Shown piece by piece: positions 1-9,738 of a stretch of 64,000 nucleotides of DNA. Below the pieces are notes generated by a model. The model was given only the letters and a program-made list of their open reading frames with translations, was not told the origin of the DNA and made no database searches. Both the position numbers and the translations under genes were made by a program. How positions within the stretch are numbered: the first letter of the stretch is position 1; each line of letters starts with the position of its first letter. Origin of the DNA: an uncultured Nitrospiraceae bacterium (lineage in GTDB: Bacteria; Nitrospirota; Nitrospiria; Nitrospirales; Nitrospiraceae); the NCBI GenBank assembly GCA_963730935.1, contig CAVSTP010000003.1, positions 32,001 through 96,000 of the forward strand, written 5' to 3'.

Positions 1-56
1 GTTGTGCTCTACCTCGACGGATTGAAATACCCGAGGCGCTGCGAATGGTGTGAGGC

Positions 57-1826
57 TTAATCTGCCGGAATGTGGGTCATAGGCGATGCAGGTTGCTCTT
101 CGCGAATCGTGACCTTCGGTTGGTTAGAAAGCAGCACATATCCGTATCGTTTCAGCACCGGAACGAGTCGTTCCGCCTCAGGAGGCAAGGTTGAGCGGTA
201 GGGTTCCGGGAACAACACCATCGTCTTGCCCGGTTGCTTCAACAAAGTCGTGATCGTGTTTTCCTCTCCCGAATCAACGAATATGACTTTACGTTGCGCA
301 TAAAACACCGTGGATGGTCTCGTGGCACCATAGACGATGAAGTGATCGTTAGGAGCAAGGCTCGCACCTGCGGTATAGGCCAATTCCTGCGGTGGAGCAA
401 TAAAATATCGGTTCAGCAGCGGAAAGGTCAACCCAATGGCGATCAAGGCTACTAACCCAAGTGCCACACCAGCAGCCCAAAACACTCCAGCACGACGTCC
501 TTCATGCCGTCCGAAGTACCCCACGACTGCCATGCCGACCAGCAGGACCATCGCAGCCATATAAGGTCCCGCATTCCAGGCGCTCGGGTCTAGCAGGTTT
601 GCTGCCGGAAACTGTTTCAGCATCTTGCTAAGAAATCGGTTGTAGGTCCACGGGATCATCGAAAAACCCAACGCTAATAAGAATCCAAGTCCCATCATCA
701 CATGGATGGAAGTCCGCACGCCTTTCCGGACCGGCTCCAGTAGCGCTCGCTGCCAGTACATCGCCGTCAACAGAGCTGCCGCGGGAAAGAGCGGGGCAAT
801 GTAATGTTGGAGCCTCGTGGCCGAAAGTGTAAAAAACGCAAATGCGCCGATGATCCAGACAGTTGCAAACAGCTGTAACTCATCGGATGCAGCTTCGATG
901 TCCTGTCTGTGAGGTGACGATGCATCGAATCTCCTGCGCAAACTTCGCCAGGCCTGCACGGCCTCATACATCGCCATAGGCAGCAGACCGCTCCAAGGGA
1001 AAAATCCTAAAAGGAGGACTGGAAAGTAGAAAAACAGTCCGAAGCCATGTCCTTCCATGGGCGCCATGAAGCGGCCGACTGTGTGGGCTTTCGCAACCGT
1101 CACATACGCGAGCCCGTGAATCCACAACATGGTCGCGTACCAGGGGAGCGTCAGAGCGATAAAGACTACTAGTCCAAGCAGAGGGAATCCGCGGTGCCAG
1201 TAGCCAGTCCACCGGCGGGTGAGGGACAAATACAGACTCATCGTAAGAAGAGGGATGATGAATCCGACGGGTCCCTTAGTTAGCGTGGCGAATGCCATGC
1301 CGGCATAAAACACCCAGAACCAATGGCGACCTCGCCCGGTACTGTGAAGGCCTGCCCAGAGTCCCCATTGTGCCGCAGTCGTGAAAAAGACCAATACACT
1401 ATCGGTCAACGCCAGGCGATTGAGAAAAATGATTTCGCAATTGAGAAGCAACATGAGCGAACTCAACAACGCAACCTGCTGATTCTGCCAGCGAGCCGTG
1501 AACCAGTACTGAAGAAGGATCAGCGCCATTCCGAACAGTGCCGAGTGGAATCTGGCAGCAAACTCGTTCGTGCCAAACATGTGATAGGAGGCCGTCATCA
1601 ACCAATATACGAACGCCGGTTTATAAAAACGCGGTTCATAATTGAACGTCGGTGTGATCCAATCGCCGGTTTCAAACATTTCACGACCCGCTTCCGCATT
1701 TCGTCCTTCGTCGCGGTCCGTCAAACCAACGGACCCCAATCCCCCAAATAACAGAATGCCGGCTAACGCAATGAGAATGGCGAGGCTCGAGAGATGTCGG
1801 ACGGGGGGCGTGGGGAGAGAATCCAT
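57..1826 (-). CDS. ArnT/PMT-family (GT83/GT39-like) membrane glycosyltransferase
   Basis: 589-aa polytopic protein with DEGRNAE..REM..GDWITP and KP...YWL motifs and TKGP; next to a GT2. Confidence 0.9.
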   Translation of the reverse strand: MDSLPTPPVRHLSSLAILIALAGILLFGGLGSVGLTDRDEGRNAEAGREMFETGDWITPTFNYEPRFYKPAFVYWLMTASYHMFGTNEFAARFHSALFGMALILLQYWFTARWQNQQVALLSSLMLLLNCEIIFLNRLALTDSVLVFFTTAAQWGLWAGLHSTGRGRHWFWVFYAGMAFATLTKGPVGFIIPLLTMSLYLSLTRRWTGYWHRGFPLLGLVVFIALTLPWYATMLWIHGLAYVTVAKAHTVGRFMAPMEGHGFGLFFYFPVLLLGFFPWSGLLPMAMYEAVQAWRSLRRRFDASSPHRQDIEAASDELQLFATVWIIGAFAFFTLSATRLQHYIAPLFPAAALLTAMYWQRALLEPVRKGVRTSIHVMMGLGFLLALGFSMIPWTYNRFLSKMLKQFPAANLLDPSAWNAGPYMAAMVLLVGMAVVGYFGRHEGRRAGVFWAAGVALGLVALIAIGLTFPLLNRYFIAPPQELAYTAGASLAPNDHFIVYGATRPSTVFYAQRKVIFVDSGEENTITTLLKQPGKTMVLFPEPYRSTLPPEAERLVPVLKRYGYVLLSNQPKVTIREEQPASPMTHIPAD

Positions 1827-1829
1827 GCT

Positions 1830-2020
1830 TACTATCAGCTATGCCAGGTGGAGAGAATGGTTCTCCGAGCCGACTGATGACCTGAGCGACAAATCAGCAC
1901 CGATGGCTATCTGGCTCTTGGCGCTCCGTTCCAAACCGATCACCTATAAGCCCCGCGTCTGAAGAAAAGCGCCTGCCCCAAGCATCCAATTGTGATCCAC
2001 ATTATTGCAGTTTGCGACAT
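1830..2020 (-). pseudogene. Degraded lipid-A biosynthesis N-terminal-domain (LAB_N-like) membrane protein
   Basis: MSQTAIMWITIGCLGQALFF then stop; another frame continues ERSAKSQI; usual position between GT2 and ArnT. Confidence 0.65.
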
Positions 2021-2028
2021 CAGGCCGT

Positions 2029-2790
2029 CTATTTCCGGAGCGCGCCGCGAGCAGATAAGGGATTCCGGTATTTGTACGTGAGCACCCGTCGGCTCATCCA
2101 GCGAACGGCAATTAGATCGTACAGGCCTTTGAAGAGGCGGTTCCCCACACCAAATTTGGCCACTCCATGGATACGCGAATAATGACGGACAGGGACTTCT
2201 TTGACCGTAAACCCACACATGAGGGCCAGTGCCGGGAAGAACCGGTGCAAGCCCTCGAAGAGCTGCAATCGCTCCATGACGGGCCGACGAAAAATCTTTA
2301 AGGGACACGCCGTGTCATGGACACCGTCATGTGTGAAGATATTTCTGATGAAATTGCCCACCAAGGACGACATCCTGCGGACGAGGTTGTCTTGTCGATC
2401 TTTTCGCCAGCCACAGACCAGGTCATAGGTTTCGGTATAGGGCAACAGCTTCAAAATGTCGCCGCTGTCCTGTTGAAGATCTCCGTCAGTGTGGATAATG
2501 AGCTCGCCGTCGCTGTTATTGAACCCGGCATCGAGCGCAGCGGTCTTCCCGTAGTTACGTTCAAAGTGGAGGGCTCTCACTTCGTGATACTGAGCAGCTA
2601 ATCCATCCATGACTTCACTGCTCCCGTCGGTACTGCCGTCGTCGACGAGAATGATTTCAAATGGCCGAGTCTGTGAGGAGGGATGCGCACGCATGACCGA
2701 GAGCAAACTCTCGATCAGCGGAGGAAGATTCTCTCGCTCATCCTTTATCGGGACAATGACAGAAGCCCATGGGTGTGACGCATCGGTCAT
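2029..2790 (-). CDS. GT2 glycosyltransferase (ArnC/DPM1-like)
   Basis: VDDGSTDGS, RNYGKTAAL, DGDLQ, HRFFP motifs. Confidence 0.9.
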   Translation of the reverse strand: MTDASHPWASVIVPIKDERENLPPLIESLLSVMRAHPSSQTRPFEIILVDDGSTDGSSEVMDGLAAQYHEVRALHFERNYGKTAALDAGFNNSDGELIIHTDGDLQQDSGDILKLLPYTETYDLVCGWRKDRQDNLVRRMSSLVGNFIRNIFTHDGVHDTACPLKIFRRPVMERLQLFEGLHRFFPALALMCGFTVKEVPVRHYSRIHGVAKFGVGNRLFKGLYDLIAVRWMSRRVLTYKYRNPLSARGALRK

Positions 2791-3116
2791 GAAAAGCCGA
2801 CTCGCTCGATGTCAGCGGTCCAAGAAGAGCTCGCGGCAGCATTCTATCGAAGGCCTTGACGACGGTCAATCGCGGCGTGATACGGCAGTCCAAAGCGAAA
2901 TTGTAAAGTGGCCTCTGAAGGGTTACACGACCGCATACCTGGGATTTCAGCAGCAAGATTTGCGATCTGTTCCTTCACTTATTCACCGAGCTTAAATTAC
3001 CCACGTCTTTTTGCCGTGCAGAGATTAACCAAATCGCGGGTCAGGTCGTTCGCCTCGCATTCGCCTCCTTGACAGTCGAACCCCACTTCAAGGATGTTGG
3101 CGTTGAGGAGACCGCA

Positions 3117-3674
3117 ATGAAGTCCCTTCTCCAGGCTCTCTTGTTCAGTCTTGTATGCGGTGGATGCTCTTATCAGGTCTTTCCCTCTGAAGCCTTGGAG
3201 GGCGTCGAGCATAATTTTGATTTTGCTCGTTGGCGCATGGTTTCAAGCCAAATTGAGCCTACAAAAGTTGAATTGGGTGGTCGCATCCTTGAGACACAAA
3301 CCATAGGCGAGATAATTACCATCGTCACGACTGAACTTCCCGTCGTCAATTATCCCGCCTACGGTCCCAAGCAGGGAAAGAAAAAGAGCAAAGGAGAGTT
3401 TGTGATTACCTATCAGGGCATGATAGATAAGCCATTCCTTCAACCCGGAAATCGAATCATGGTCGTCGGCATCACCCGTGGCGCGAAGCTGGTTGCGGTC
3501 GATGACGTGATGCGAAGCCTTCCCGCACTCGAAGGCCGGTGTGTCCACATCTGGAAAACGGGAGATACGGATATTGCCGATTATGCATCCAGCGGAGCCG
3601 GTTACGGCGTTCTGGAAGAGGAAACCTTCTGTACTTCCACTTCCCCTGACAGCAGAAAAAAGATTCCTGCCTGA
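3117..3674 (+). CDS. Slp-family outer-membrane lipoprotein
   Basis: GAGGAG RBS; signal ending LVCGGC; V.LGG.I, SKGEF, CVHIW pattern. Confidence 0.75.
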   Translation: MKSLLQALLFSLVCGGCSYQVFPSEALEGVEHNFDFARWRMVSSQIEPTKVELGGRILETQTIGEIITIVTTELPVVNYPAYGPKQGKKKSKGEFVITYQGMIDKPFLQPGNRIMVVGITRGAKLVAVDDVMRSLPALEGRCVHIWKTGDTDIADYASSGAGYGVLEEETFCTSTSPDSRKKIPA

Positions 3675-3748
3675 ATCCACTGAGCGTCTAGTGCCAATCC
3701 GTTACAACGAAATCCCACTTTGAGCTTCAATCTTCAATCTGCTACCTC

Positions 3749-3842
3749 GCTGCTACCAGGACAGGACAAACCAGTCCCATCAGGCCCCATGTCAGGAGCG
3801 TCCGTCCTTGTGGTTTCTTGTGGGTTTAGGTTGTCTGAGGTT
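3749..3842 (+). repeat. Att-associated repeat copy A (paralog of 8369-8460)
   Basis: Shared blocks gctgct(a/c)ccaggaca(g/a)gacaaaccag, tgtggtttcttgtgggtt, gttgtctgaggtt. Confidence 0.9.
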
Positions 3843-4083
3843 ACATTCAGTTTTTATCGAGTTGGGTGCAACGGCAATATGGGAACCCACGCTAAGAGCG
3901 ATGGGAGGGTGCGCCTTTCAACATAGAATGCCTGGCCACACAGTTAGCCTTTGGAGTATAGACACCAGAGAGTGCGTCTGGGGTACGGGCGGAGCGGACA
4001 GGTGACCCTTGTTGGTCTAGTCCTGTCCACCCAATCCCCTTTATTTCGTGATTTCCAGTATTCTTTTGCCGCGCCCGAGACAA

Positions 4084-4102
4084 CTCATAAACCGCAGGTC
4101 GC
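4084..4102 (+). repeat. Short tRNA 3'-half remnant
   Basis: tcataaaccgcaggtcgc identical to 8475-8492. Confidence 0.75.
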
Positions 4103-4155
4103 TTGGTACCATGGCAGCCGGGCTGATCGGGTTGAAAGTAGAAGGATCGTCCCTC

Positions 4156-5190
4156 GTGAATTGGATTACACACACCGCCTTTCTTTTTGGATGTCTTGTC
4201 CTCGAAGTGGCCTGTAATCAGGAAAACCGTTCAGCCGGGCTCGGCAGGATCCTCCAGGCAGACCCCGCCTTAAGCCACGTTGTCCCTACAGATGCGAGTC
4301 TCGAAAAGCTGGTAGGTGGGTTTACGCTTCTCGAGGGGCCGGTTTGGAGTGTTAGTGGTGCCCTTTTGTTCAGCGACATGGTGGGCCATTTGATTTACAC
4401 ATGGAGTCCTCAATCTGGCCTATCCGTGTTTCCAGCGAAAATGGAATATGCTGCAGTGAAGCATACAAAGGGTTCATCAGGACCTAACGGCCTGGCATTC
4501 GACAAAAAAGGTAGACTTACGATCTGTGAGCATGGGAATCGGCGGGTGACCCGTCTTGAAAAGGACGGTAGCCTCACGGTCTTGGCTGAGCGCTATGAAA
4601 GCAAGCGGCTCAACAGTCCGAATGACCTGGTTTATCGATCGGACGGACTCTTGTACTTCACCGACCCGCCACTTGGCTTGCGGGGAAAAGATGCCGATCC
4701 ACGCAAGGAGCTTCTATACAACGGTGTCTTTATTTTCTCCGAAGGCAAGCTCGAGTTGGTGAGTGACGAACTACACAGCCCCAACGGTTTGGCTTTCTCT
4801 CCTGACGAAAAATATCTGTATGTGGGGAATGACGACCGTAAGAAGCTAGTTATTATGCGGTATGAAGTTAATCCTAATGGGACTTTTTCAAACGGTGAGG
4901 TATTCTTCAACGTGGCGTCCGTGACGAAAGCAGAAGGGATTGACGGAATGAAAGTGGATGTAGAGGGTAACGTCTATGTCACCGCTCTGAGCGGCGTGGT
5001 CATTATTGACGGGAAGGGCAAACATCTGGGGACTATAGAAGCACCTGAAGAGCTAACCAACCTCGCATGGGGTGATGATGATCGAAAATCACTCTATATT
5101 ACCGCATTAAAAGGGCTCTACCGGATCCGCCTAAACATCCCAGGGACCCAACCTTTCCTCCGTCAACCGAATGATGGAGCGAAAAGCTAG
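4156..5190 (+). CDS. SMP-30/gluconolactonase/LRE family protein
   Basis: EGPVW, NGL, LNSPND, PNGLAFSPDE, DGMKVD motifs; start uncertain (ATG 4111 or GTG 4156). Confidence 0.9.
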   Translation: MNWITHTAFLFGCLVLEVACNQENRSAGLGRILQADPALSHVVPTDASLEKLVGGFTLLEGPVWSVSGALLFSDMVGHLIYTWSPQSGLSVFPAKMEYAAVKHTKGSSGPNGLAFDKKGRLTICEHGNRRVTRLEKDGSLTVLAERYESKRLNSPNDLVYRSDGLLYFTDPPLGLRGKDADPRKELLYNGVFIFSEGKLELVSDELHSPNGLAFSPDEKYLYVGNDDRKKLVIMRYEVNPNGTFSNGEVFFNVASVTKAEGIDGMKVDVEGNVYVTALSGVVIIDGKGKHLGTIEAPEELTNLAWGDDDRKSLYITALKGLYRIRLNIPGTQPFLRQPNDGAKS

Positions 5191-5323
5191 ATGTGCTTCA
5201 GTGATGAAAGTTGTCGCGCGTAGTGAGAGAAGTCATCGAGCCAGTATCCGACCCGCTTAATCAAGTCCCCTTGGCCTTCCTGCAGTCCAGTAAATGCTCG
5301 CCCCGGCTTGCGCATCCGCTGGG

Positions 5324-6817
5324 CTATCTATTGACTCCGACGCTGCTCCAGGTGACGATGCTGCCTACAAGAATTCCTTTTACCCAGACCGGCCGCCCTA
5401 TCACCACCTTCTCAAAAAATGCCATGCGGCCAATCGCCCCATAAAGTCCGACAAATTCATTGTCCGGTATCCCGGACGTATCAATGCTGGTATTGGCCAG
5501 CAGGACCTGGGGATCAGCCGCCAATTGTAGAGGTGCTTGCATGACAATGCTGGTGGAGGGAATGGTTCGTTCCAGTTCTGTGGCCACCACGTGCTGCCCG
5601 TGAAGCAGTCTCGCGTGAACTTTCACGTGGTCGCCAATCCGGATGTCCTCAAAGCGACTAGGAGTGCCTTCGTCTTCCGTCACCGTTCGAGCGTCCCGTG
5701 CGATGGGAAGTCCCGGGAGACCGGCTAGGGTGAGAGTGCCGGATTGAAGGTCGATCGATTCGACGTTCGATTCCGCTACGACGTTCTCTTTGAAGGCCAC
5801 CTCGTGGGCTTCCAACACGCCTTGTACCAGCGCCCCATGAATCAACAGGTGGGCGCCAAGCGTGAGCTCGCTCACCGTACCTCCTTCAAATCTAGTGTCG
5901 GCTGAGACTTCTATCGGATGGTTACTAATCGCAAACCTGCCAGGATGCGTGACCTGAGTGATAAAGCCTTCGATTTTTGTGTCGGGGCTGTGCTCCACAG
6001 TCAGGCCTAATCGCTTCACCCTGGTAGCCGTAAGTCTGGCGCCATACGGCACTTCACTACGCGGTTGCCACTCGTCTCCTCGCACGTGGGCGAGGCGACC
6101 GTTCCAATCCGTCGTGTCGCCAGTCGCGATGTCACTGATGTCTGCAGATGAGTACTCCACCATGAGTTGGCCGATCTCGAACCGTTTATCCCGCGCATCG
6201 TGGTTCTTGATGATGCCCTGAACCTCATAGTGCGGCTTGCCGGTGCGCTTCATAATCAACGTAGCCAAAATGTGGCCATCGCTCGTGACCAAACCGCTTA
6301 CCTCGATGACATCTAGTCCTGGCGCGAGGTTACGAATAGATCGGCCTGGGATGTTGGCATCGATCACGGTTTTTGGATTCAGCGCGATAAATTGTCCAAG
6401 AACGATTAGGCTTGAGCCATCCTGGGCGACATACTGTACGACCCCCTCCACGGTTTCTTCGAAGGTAATTGTGTCGGCGACACGGGTCACTACAGTCTGG
6501 TCTGACGACTGCGCCGTTCCCTTGACGAGTACAACCATACCAAGCTTCAGGCTGTTCTCCGTGCTGCAGGGCTCACTATCAATGCAATACACAGCATTGG
6601 AATTGTCATATTCCGTCCCAGAGATAGACACGCTGCTCAGCTTGGTCACCGGCCCTGAGGCGACGCTGGAGACGCGGGAGGCGGATCCGGTCCCGCCAAC
6701 GCCACCGCCTGCCTGAGGGCTAGGACCGCACGAGGCTAGAACCAAGAAGGACAACGCCAGGGCAATCGCCATGTGGGCTGAATGGGATGAAAATCGTTTG
6801 AAGTAACGAAGATACAT
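5324..6817 (-). CDS. DUF5666 multi-repeat lipoprotein
   Basis: Lipobox LASC, GGVGGTG linker, repeated L..G..V.V.G modules; abuts DUF6502 gene. Confidence 0.8.
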   Translation of the reverse strand: MYLRYFKRFSSHSAHMAIALALSFLVLASCGPSPQAGGGVGGTGSASRVSSVASGPVTKLSSVSISGTEYDNSNAVYCIDSEPCSTENSLKLGMVVLVKGTAQSSDQTVVTRVADTITFEETVEGVVQYVAQDGSSLIVLGQFIALNPKTVIDANIPGRSIRNLAPGLDVIEVSGLVTSDGHILATLIMKRTGKPHYEVQGIIKNHDARDKRFEIGQLMVEYSSADISDIATGDTTDWNGRLAHVRGDEWQPRSEVPYGARLTATRVKRLGLTVEHSPDTKIEGFITQVTHPGRFAISNHPIEVSADTRFEGGTVSELTLGAHLLIHGALVQGVLEAHEVAFKENVVAESNVESIDLQSGTLTLAGLPGLPIARDARTVTEDEGTPSRFEDIRIGDHVKVHARLLHGQHVVATELERTIPSTSIVMQAPLQLAADPQVLLANTSIDTSGIPDNEFVGLYGAIGRMAFFEKVVIGRPVWVKGILVGSIVTWSSVGVNR

Positions 6818-7633
6818 CTATTTGTCCTGATCGAACCGTTCTTCAAAATGGTAGACACCCAGGCCCACCCGGACCCGACCCTTGCCTTTGACAGTCGGAT
6901 TGACATCGCGGTCGCGATGAGACAGCCATCGATCCAGCGCCTCAAGCATTTCTTGAGCACGCGCCTGGGCGACCGCCTGGAATGCCTGGGCCGATTCCAG
7001 CGGGACGTTGTCGTACATCACTTTTCGTTGCATTCTGGGAGAGGACGAGTTTCCGTACACGTTGTGGTCGATTGTCGCGATGAGGTCGGCCGTGTCCTGT
7101 CCGAGTATGGCCAACTTTTGGTCCGTGCCCTTCTGAGGGATGTTCCCTCTCACCGCTAGGCCGATCCGACCATCCTTTAACTGCGTAACAGCTCCCACTC
7201 GCACGAGTTCATCGAGCATGGCTCGGACAGGGATGTCCCCGCTATAGCGTTTGACCAGCGCGCTGAAGGACTGTCGTTTCCCAACCATGCGGAGCGGAAG
7301 CGGATGGCCATTGCCATCTCCGAAATCCGGATCGCGGAGCCATCCGGTAAGCACGCGAGCCGCGCGATTGTATTCGTCTTCATACTGATTCTCTCTCTGA
7401 ACAGGCATGTCGAGGAGCGCTTGTACTTCCTTGCGTGTTAGTCCAGTGAGGATGGCAATGCGCGAAATCGTAGCCTTCTTCTCGCCGATGCCGAATTCAT
7501 CACGCGCCACCGCCACATACGTTTCCTTCGCTATTTCATAGAACGACCTGGCGGCCATCCCATTGCGAAGCAGGATGCGGATCAGCGGCGGAAGTAACTT
7601 GCGGATTGCCGTCTGCAGCCCCTTGGCGCCCAT
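6818..7633 (-). CDS. DUF6502 family protein, putative DNA-binding regulator
   Basis: LL.PLIRILLRNG, SRIAILTGLTRKEV (HTH-like), W..DP.F, F..LV..YSGD, R.GLGVY.F. Confidence 0.85.
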   Translation of the reverse strand: MGAKGLQTAIRKLLPPLIRILLRNGMAARSFYEIAKETYVAVARDEFGIGEKKATISRIAILTGLTRKEVQALLDMPVQRENQYEDEYNRAARVLTGWLRDPDFGDGNGHPLPLRMVGKRQSFSALVKRYSGDIPVRAMLDELVRVGAVTQLKDGRIGLAVRGNIPQKGTDQKLAILGQDTADLIATIDHNVYGNSSSPRMQRKVMYDNVPLESAQAFQAVAQARAQEMLEALDRWLSHRDRDVNPTVKGKGRVRVGLGVYHFEERFDQDK

Positions 7634-7634
7634 T

Positions 7635-7670
7635 GTGCGGGAAGTTATTCCCACACGTACTAGATGTCAA
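7635..7670 (-). promoter_or_regulatory. Sigma70-type promoter of DUF6502 (TTGACA-N17-TAACTT) overlapped by GGGAA-N4-TTCCC palindrome
   Basis: -35 at 7670-7665, -10 at 7647-7642, palindrome 7635-7656, 8 nt between -10 and ATG. Confidence 0.75.
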
Positions 7671-7723
7671 GGGATACTTACCGGATGTCAAGTATGAGAG
7701 GGTGGCCCAGGCCGGAGGGGGGA

Positions 7724-7768
7724 TTGAACCTTAGTATGGTTTCCTTTAGTATTGGGAAAAGTTTCCCA
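7724..7768 (+). promoter_or_regulatory. Divergent promoter (TTGAAC-N17-TAGTAT) followed by TGGGAA-N4-TTCCCA operator
   Basis: Perfect palindrome 7753-7768 immediately after the -10. Confidence 0.7.
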
Positions 7769-7790
7769 CAGCAACGGTGGGAGAGGATGC

Positions 7791-8366
7791 GTGGGCTTTA
7801 AGACTCAAAAAATTACTGTGCCCCTGGAGCAATCCGTCGGCGAAGTACTTCGGCGTTTGCGACACAGAGAGCGGGTTTCTGTTCGGACACTGGCCAGTAA
7901 GTGTGGATGCTCACCCAGTTTCATTTCGCAAGTTGAATTGAATCAGGCATCGCCCTCGCTCGCTTCGTTAGAGCGCATTGCTGCGGGAATTGGTGTGACA
8001 TTAGGCGATTTCTTTCATGCTGCCGAGCACTCGGGACCGAGATTGGTTAGATCATCTCAGCGCCCTATGCTTCAGAATGGTTGGTCCCGTTCACAAATTG
8101 AATCGCTAGGAAATCCTGGCATCGCAAGCAGATTAGAGCCCCTATTGGTGACAATGCGCTGCGAAGGAACCAGCAGCTCGCGGCTCCAGACAAGTAACAG
8201 CGAGCAGTTTGCAATGGTCATTTCCGGTTCCGTGATGCTTGAACTAGCGGACGGCACTCACGTGCTTCGACGAGGTGATGCAATAACAATCCCGGCGGGT
8301 ACGCCACACCGATGGGAAAACAAAGGAACCAAGGACGCACAATTACTTAAGATTACGCCGCGCTAG
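7791..8366 (+). CDS. XRE-family HTH plus cupin transcriptional regulator
   Basis: LRRLR...SVRTLA...SFISQVE...PSL; C-terminal GDAITIPAGTPHRWEN; start uncertain. Confidence 0.9.
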   Translation: MGFKTQKITVPLEQSVGEVLRRLRHRERVSVRTLASKCGCSPSFISQVELNQASPSLASLERIAAGIGVTLGDFFHAAEHSGPRLVRSSQRPMLQNGWSRSQIESLGNPGIASRLEPLLVTMRCEGTSSSRLQTSNSEQFAMVISGSVMLELADGTHVLRRGDAITIPAGTPHRWENKGTKDAQLLKITPR

Positions 8367-8368
8367 CT

Positions 8369-8460
8369 GCTGCTCCCAGGACAAGACAAACCAGCCAGAT
8401 CTGGCTCCGTGTCAGTACTATCCTCGTGTGTGGTTTCTTGTGGGTTAGTTGTCTGAGGTT
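8369..8460 (+). repeat. Att-associated repeat copy B
   Basis: Paralog of 3749-3842, 13 bp upstream of a tRNA 3' half. Confidence 0.9.
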
Positions 8461-8473
8461 GGACTATCTGAAA

Positions 8474-8518
8474 TTCATAAACCGCAGGTCGCCCGTTCAA
8501 TCCGGGTCGCCGGCTCCA
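8474..8518 (+). repeat. tRNA 3'-half fragment (probably tRNA-Thr-derived att remnant)
   Basis: T-arm gcccg-ttcaatc-cgggt and cgccggc-t-cca end; no 5' half. Confidence 0.85.
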
Positions 8519-8766
8519 GTCTTTTCAAGTGTTTCGAGCTGAAACCGCTACTCTCCCACGTGACCTGCCAGTGCCTGGTTGCAGATAGTTGCGGATTGGC
8601 CCTCCATTTTCGGATTTTCCACAGATCGAGTCTGTCCACGGCTTGCCGGTTTGATCCTGGAATCCAGGTGGAAGTGTCGAAGCGAGTGAGGGGGTAGCGA
8701 GCCCAGCCGTTGCCGCTTGTGGAGTAGAGTTGTTGCGCCATACTGCTACACTTTTCCACCCCCGCC

Positions 8767-9738
8767 TTGCGATTTCCTCAGTCCCCTTCTTACAATACGC
8801 CTCCCTACGAGGCTCCCTTGCCCTTCTTGATTCATTTCTATCGTCGCGCTACCGGAAAGATCACAAGCATTATACGCGAATGTTTTCACCGATTGGCGTT
8901 CAAGCTGTACCACATGAGGGCTCCCTCTCTACCGTTTGAAACCGTCCTGTATGTAGGGCATCTTTTCAAGTTCTTAGCGAATCACAAGAGACTTCCTATA
9001 AGACCAAACACATTATTTAACGACTTTCTGTTCAAGCTGTCATCCAGCCCTGAATTTGGGAGCCCCTTACGAACATTCATTACCGATAAAGAATTCGGAA
9101 AACTCTATATAGAAAAGAAGCTTGGCGCCGGCACCACTCCAGCCACTCTCTGTATTTTGCGGACGCCTGAGCAAGTTGACACTTACCTCCCGCCCACATA
9201 TCCGATCGTGATCAAACCCACACATAGCTTCGGCAGGATTGCCTTGGTGTTTGCGGAATCTGACTCTCATAAGGCAAAAACACAAATTAAAGATTGGCTT
9301 ATTCACGACTATTTCCTGGAATCCCTGGAGAGGAACTACGCGAAACTTGAAAAGAAAATCATCGTTGAACAATATATCGACGACACTTTCGCAATTGAAG
9401 GTTCAGTTCATTGCCTGAGGGGAGAACCGAGAATTATCAGCTTGATCGATCGAAAGACTAAAGAGCGCCAATCATTCGATGCAAACAAATCTCCATTAGG
9501 AGTGAGTTTGCAATATCCGTTGAAAGAATTCGAGCCAAAAGACTGGGGTTTCTTAAACAGCCTTTTGAAAAGCTCCAGAATTCTCTCAGGAGAATTCAGT
9601 TACATCAGAATAGACTTTTACACCGATGGTGAACGGGTTCTTTTTGGCGAATTGACTAACTTGCCCGCAGGCGGGATGGGAAAGTTTTTCCCCGCTGGCG
9701 GGGAAAAGAAATTTTCAAAAGTGTTTTTTAATTCTTAG
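8767..9738 (+). CDS. TupA-like ATP-grasp fold protein
   Basis: TDK, VIKPTH, KIIVEQYI, YIRIDFY, FGELT..PAGG; AT-rich; start uncertain. Confidence 0.8.
   Translation: MRFPQSPSYNTPPYEAPLPFLIHFYRRATGKITSIIRECFHRLAFKLYHMRAPSLPFETVLYVGHLFKFLANHKRLPIRPNTLFNDFLFKLSSSPEFGSPLRTFITDKEFGKLYIEKKLGAGTTPATLCILRTPEQVDTYLPPTYPIVIKPTHSFGRIALVFAESDSHKAKTQIKDWLIHDYFLESLERNYAKLEKKIIVEQYIDDTFAIEGSVHCLRGEPRIISLIDRKTKERQSFDANKSPLGVSLQYPLKEFEPKDWGFLNSLLKSSRILSGEFSYIRIDFYTDGERVLFGELTNLPAGGMGKFFPAGGEKKFSKVFFNS

Noticed and set aside
8474..8518. Intact tRNA-Met/Ile(CAT) gene
   Set aside because: No D-arm or 5' acceptor strand upstream; only the 3' half is present
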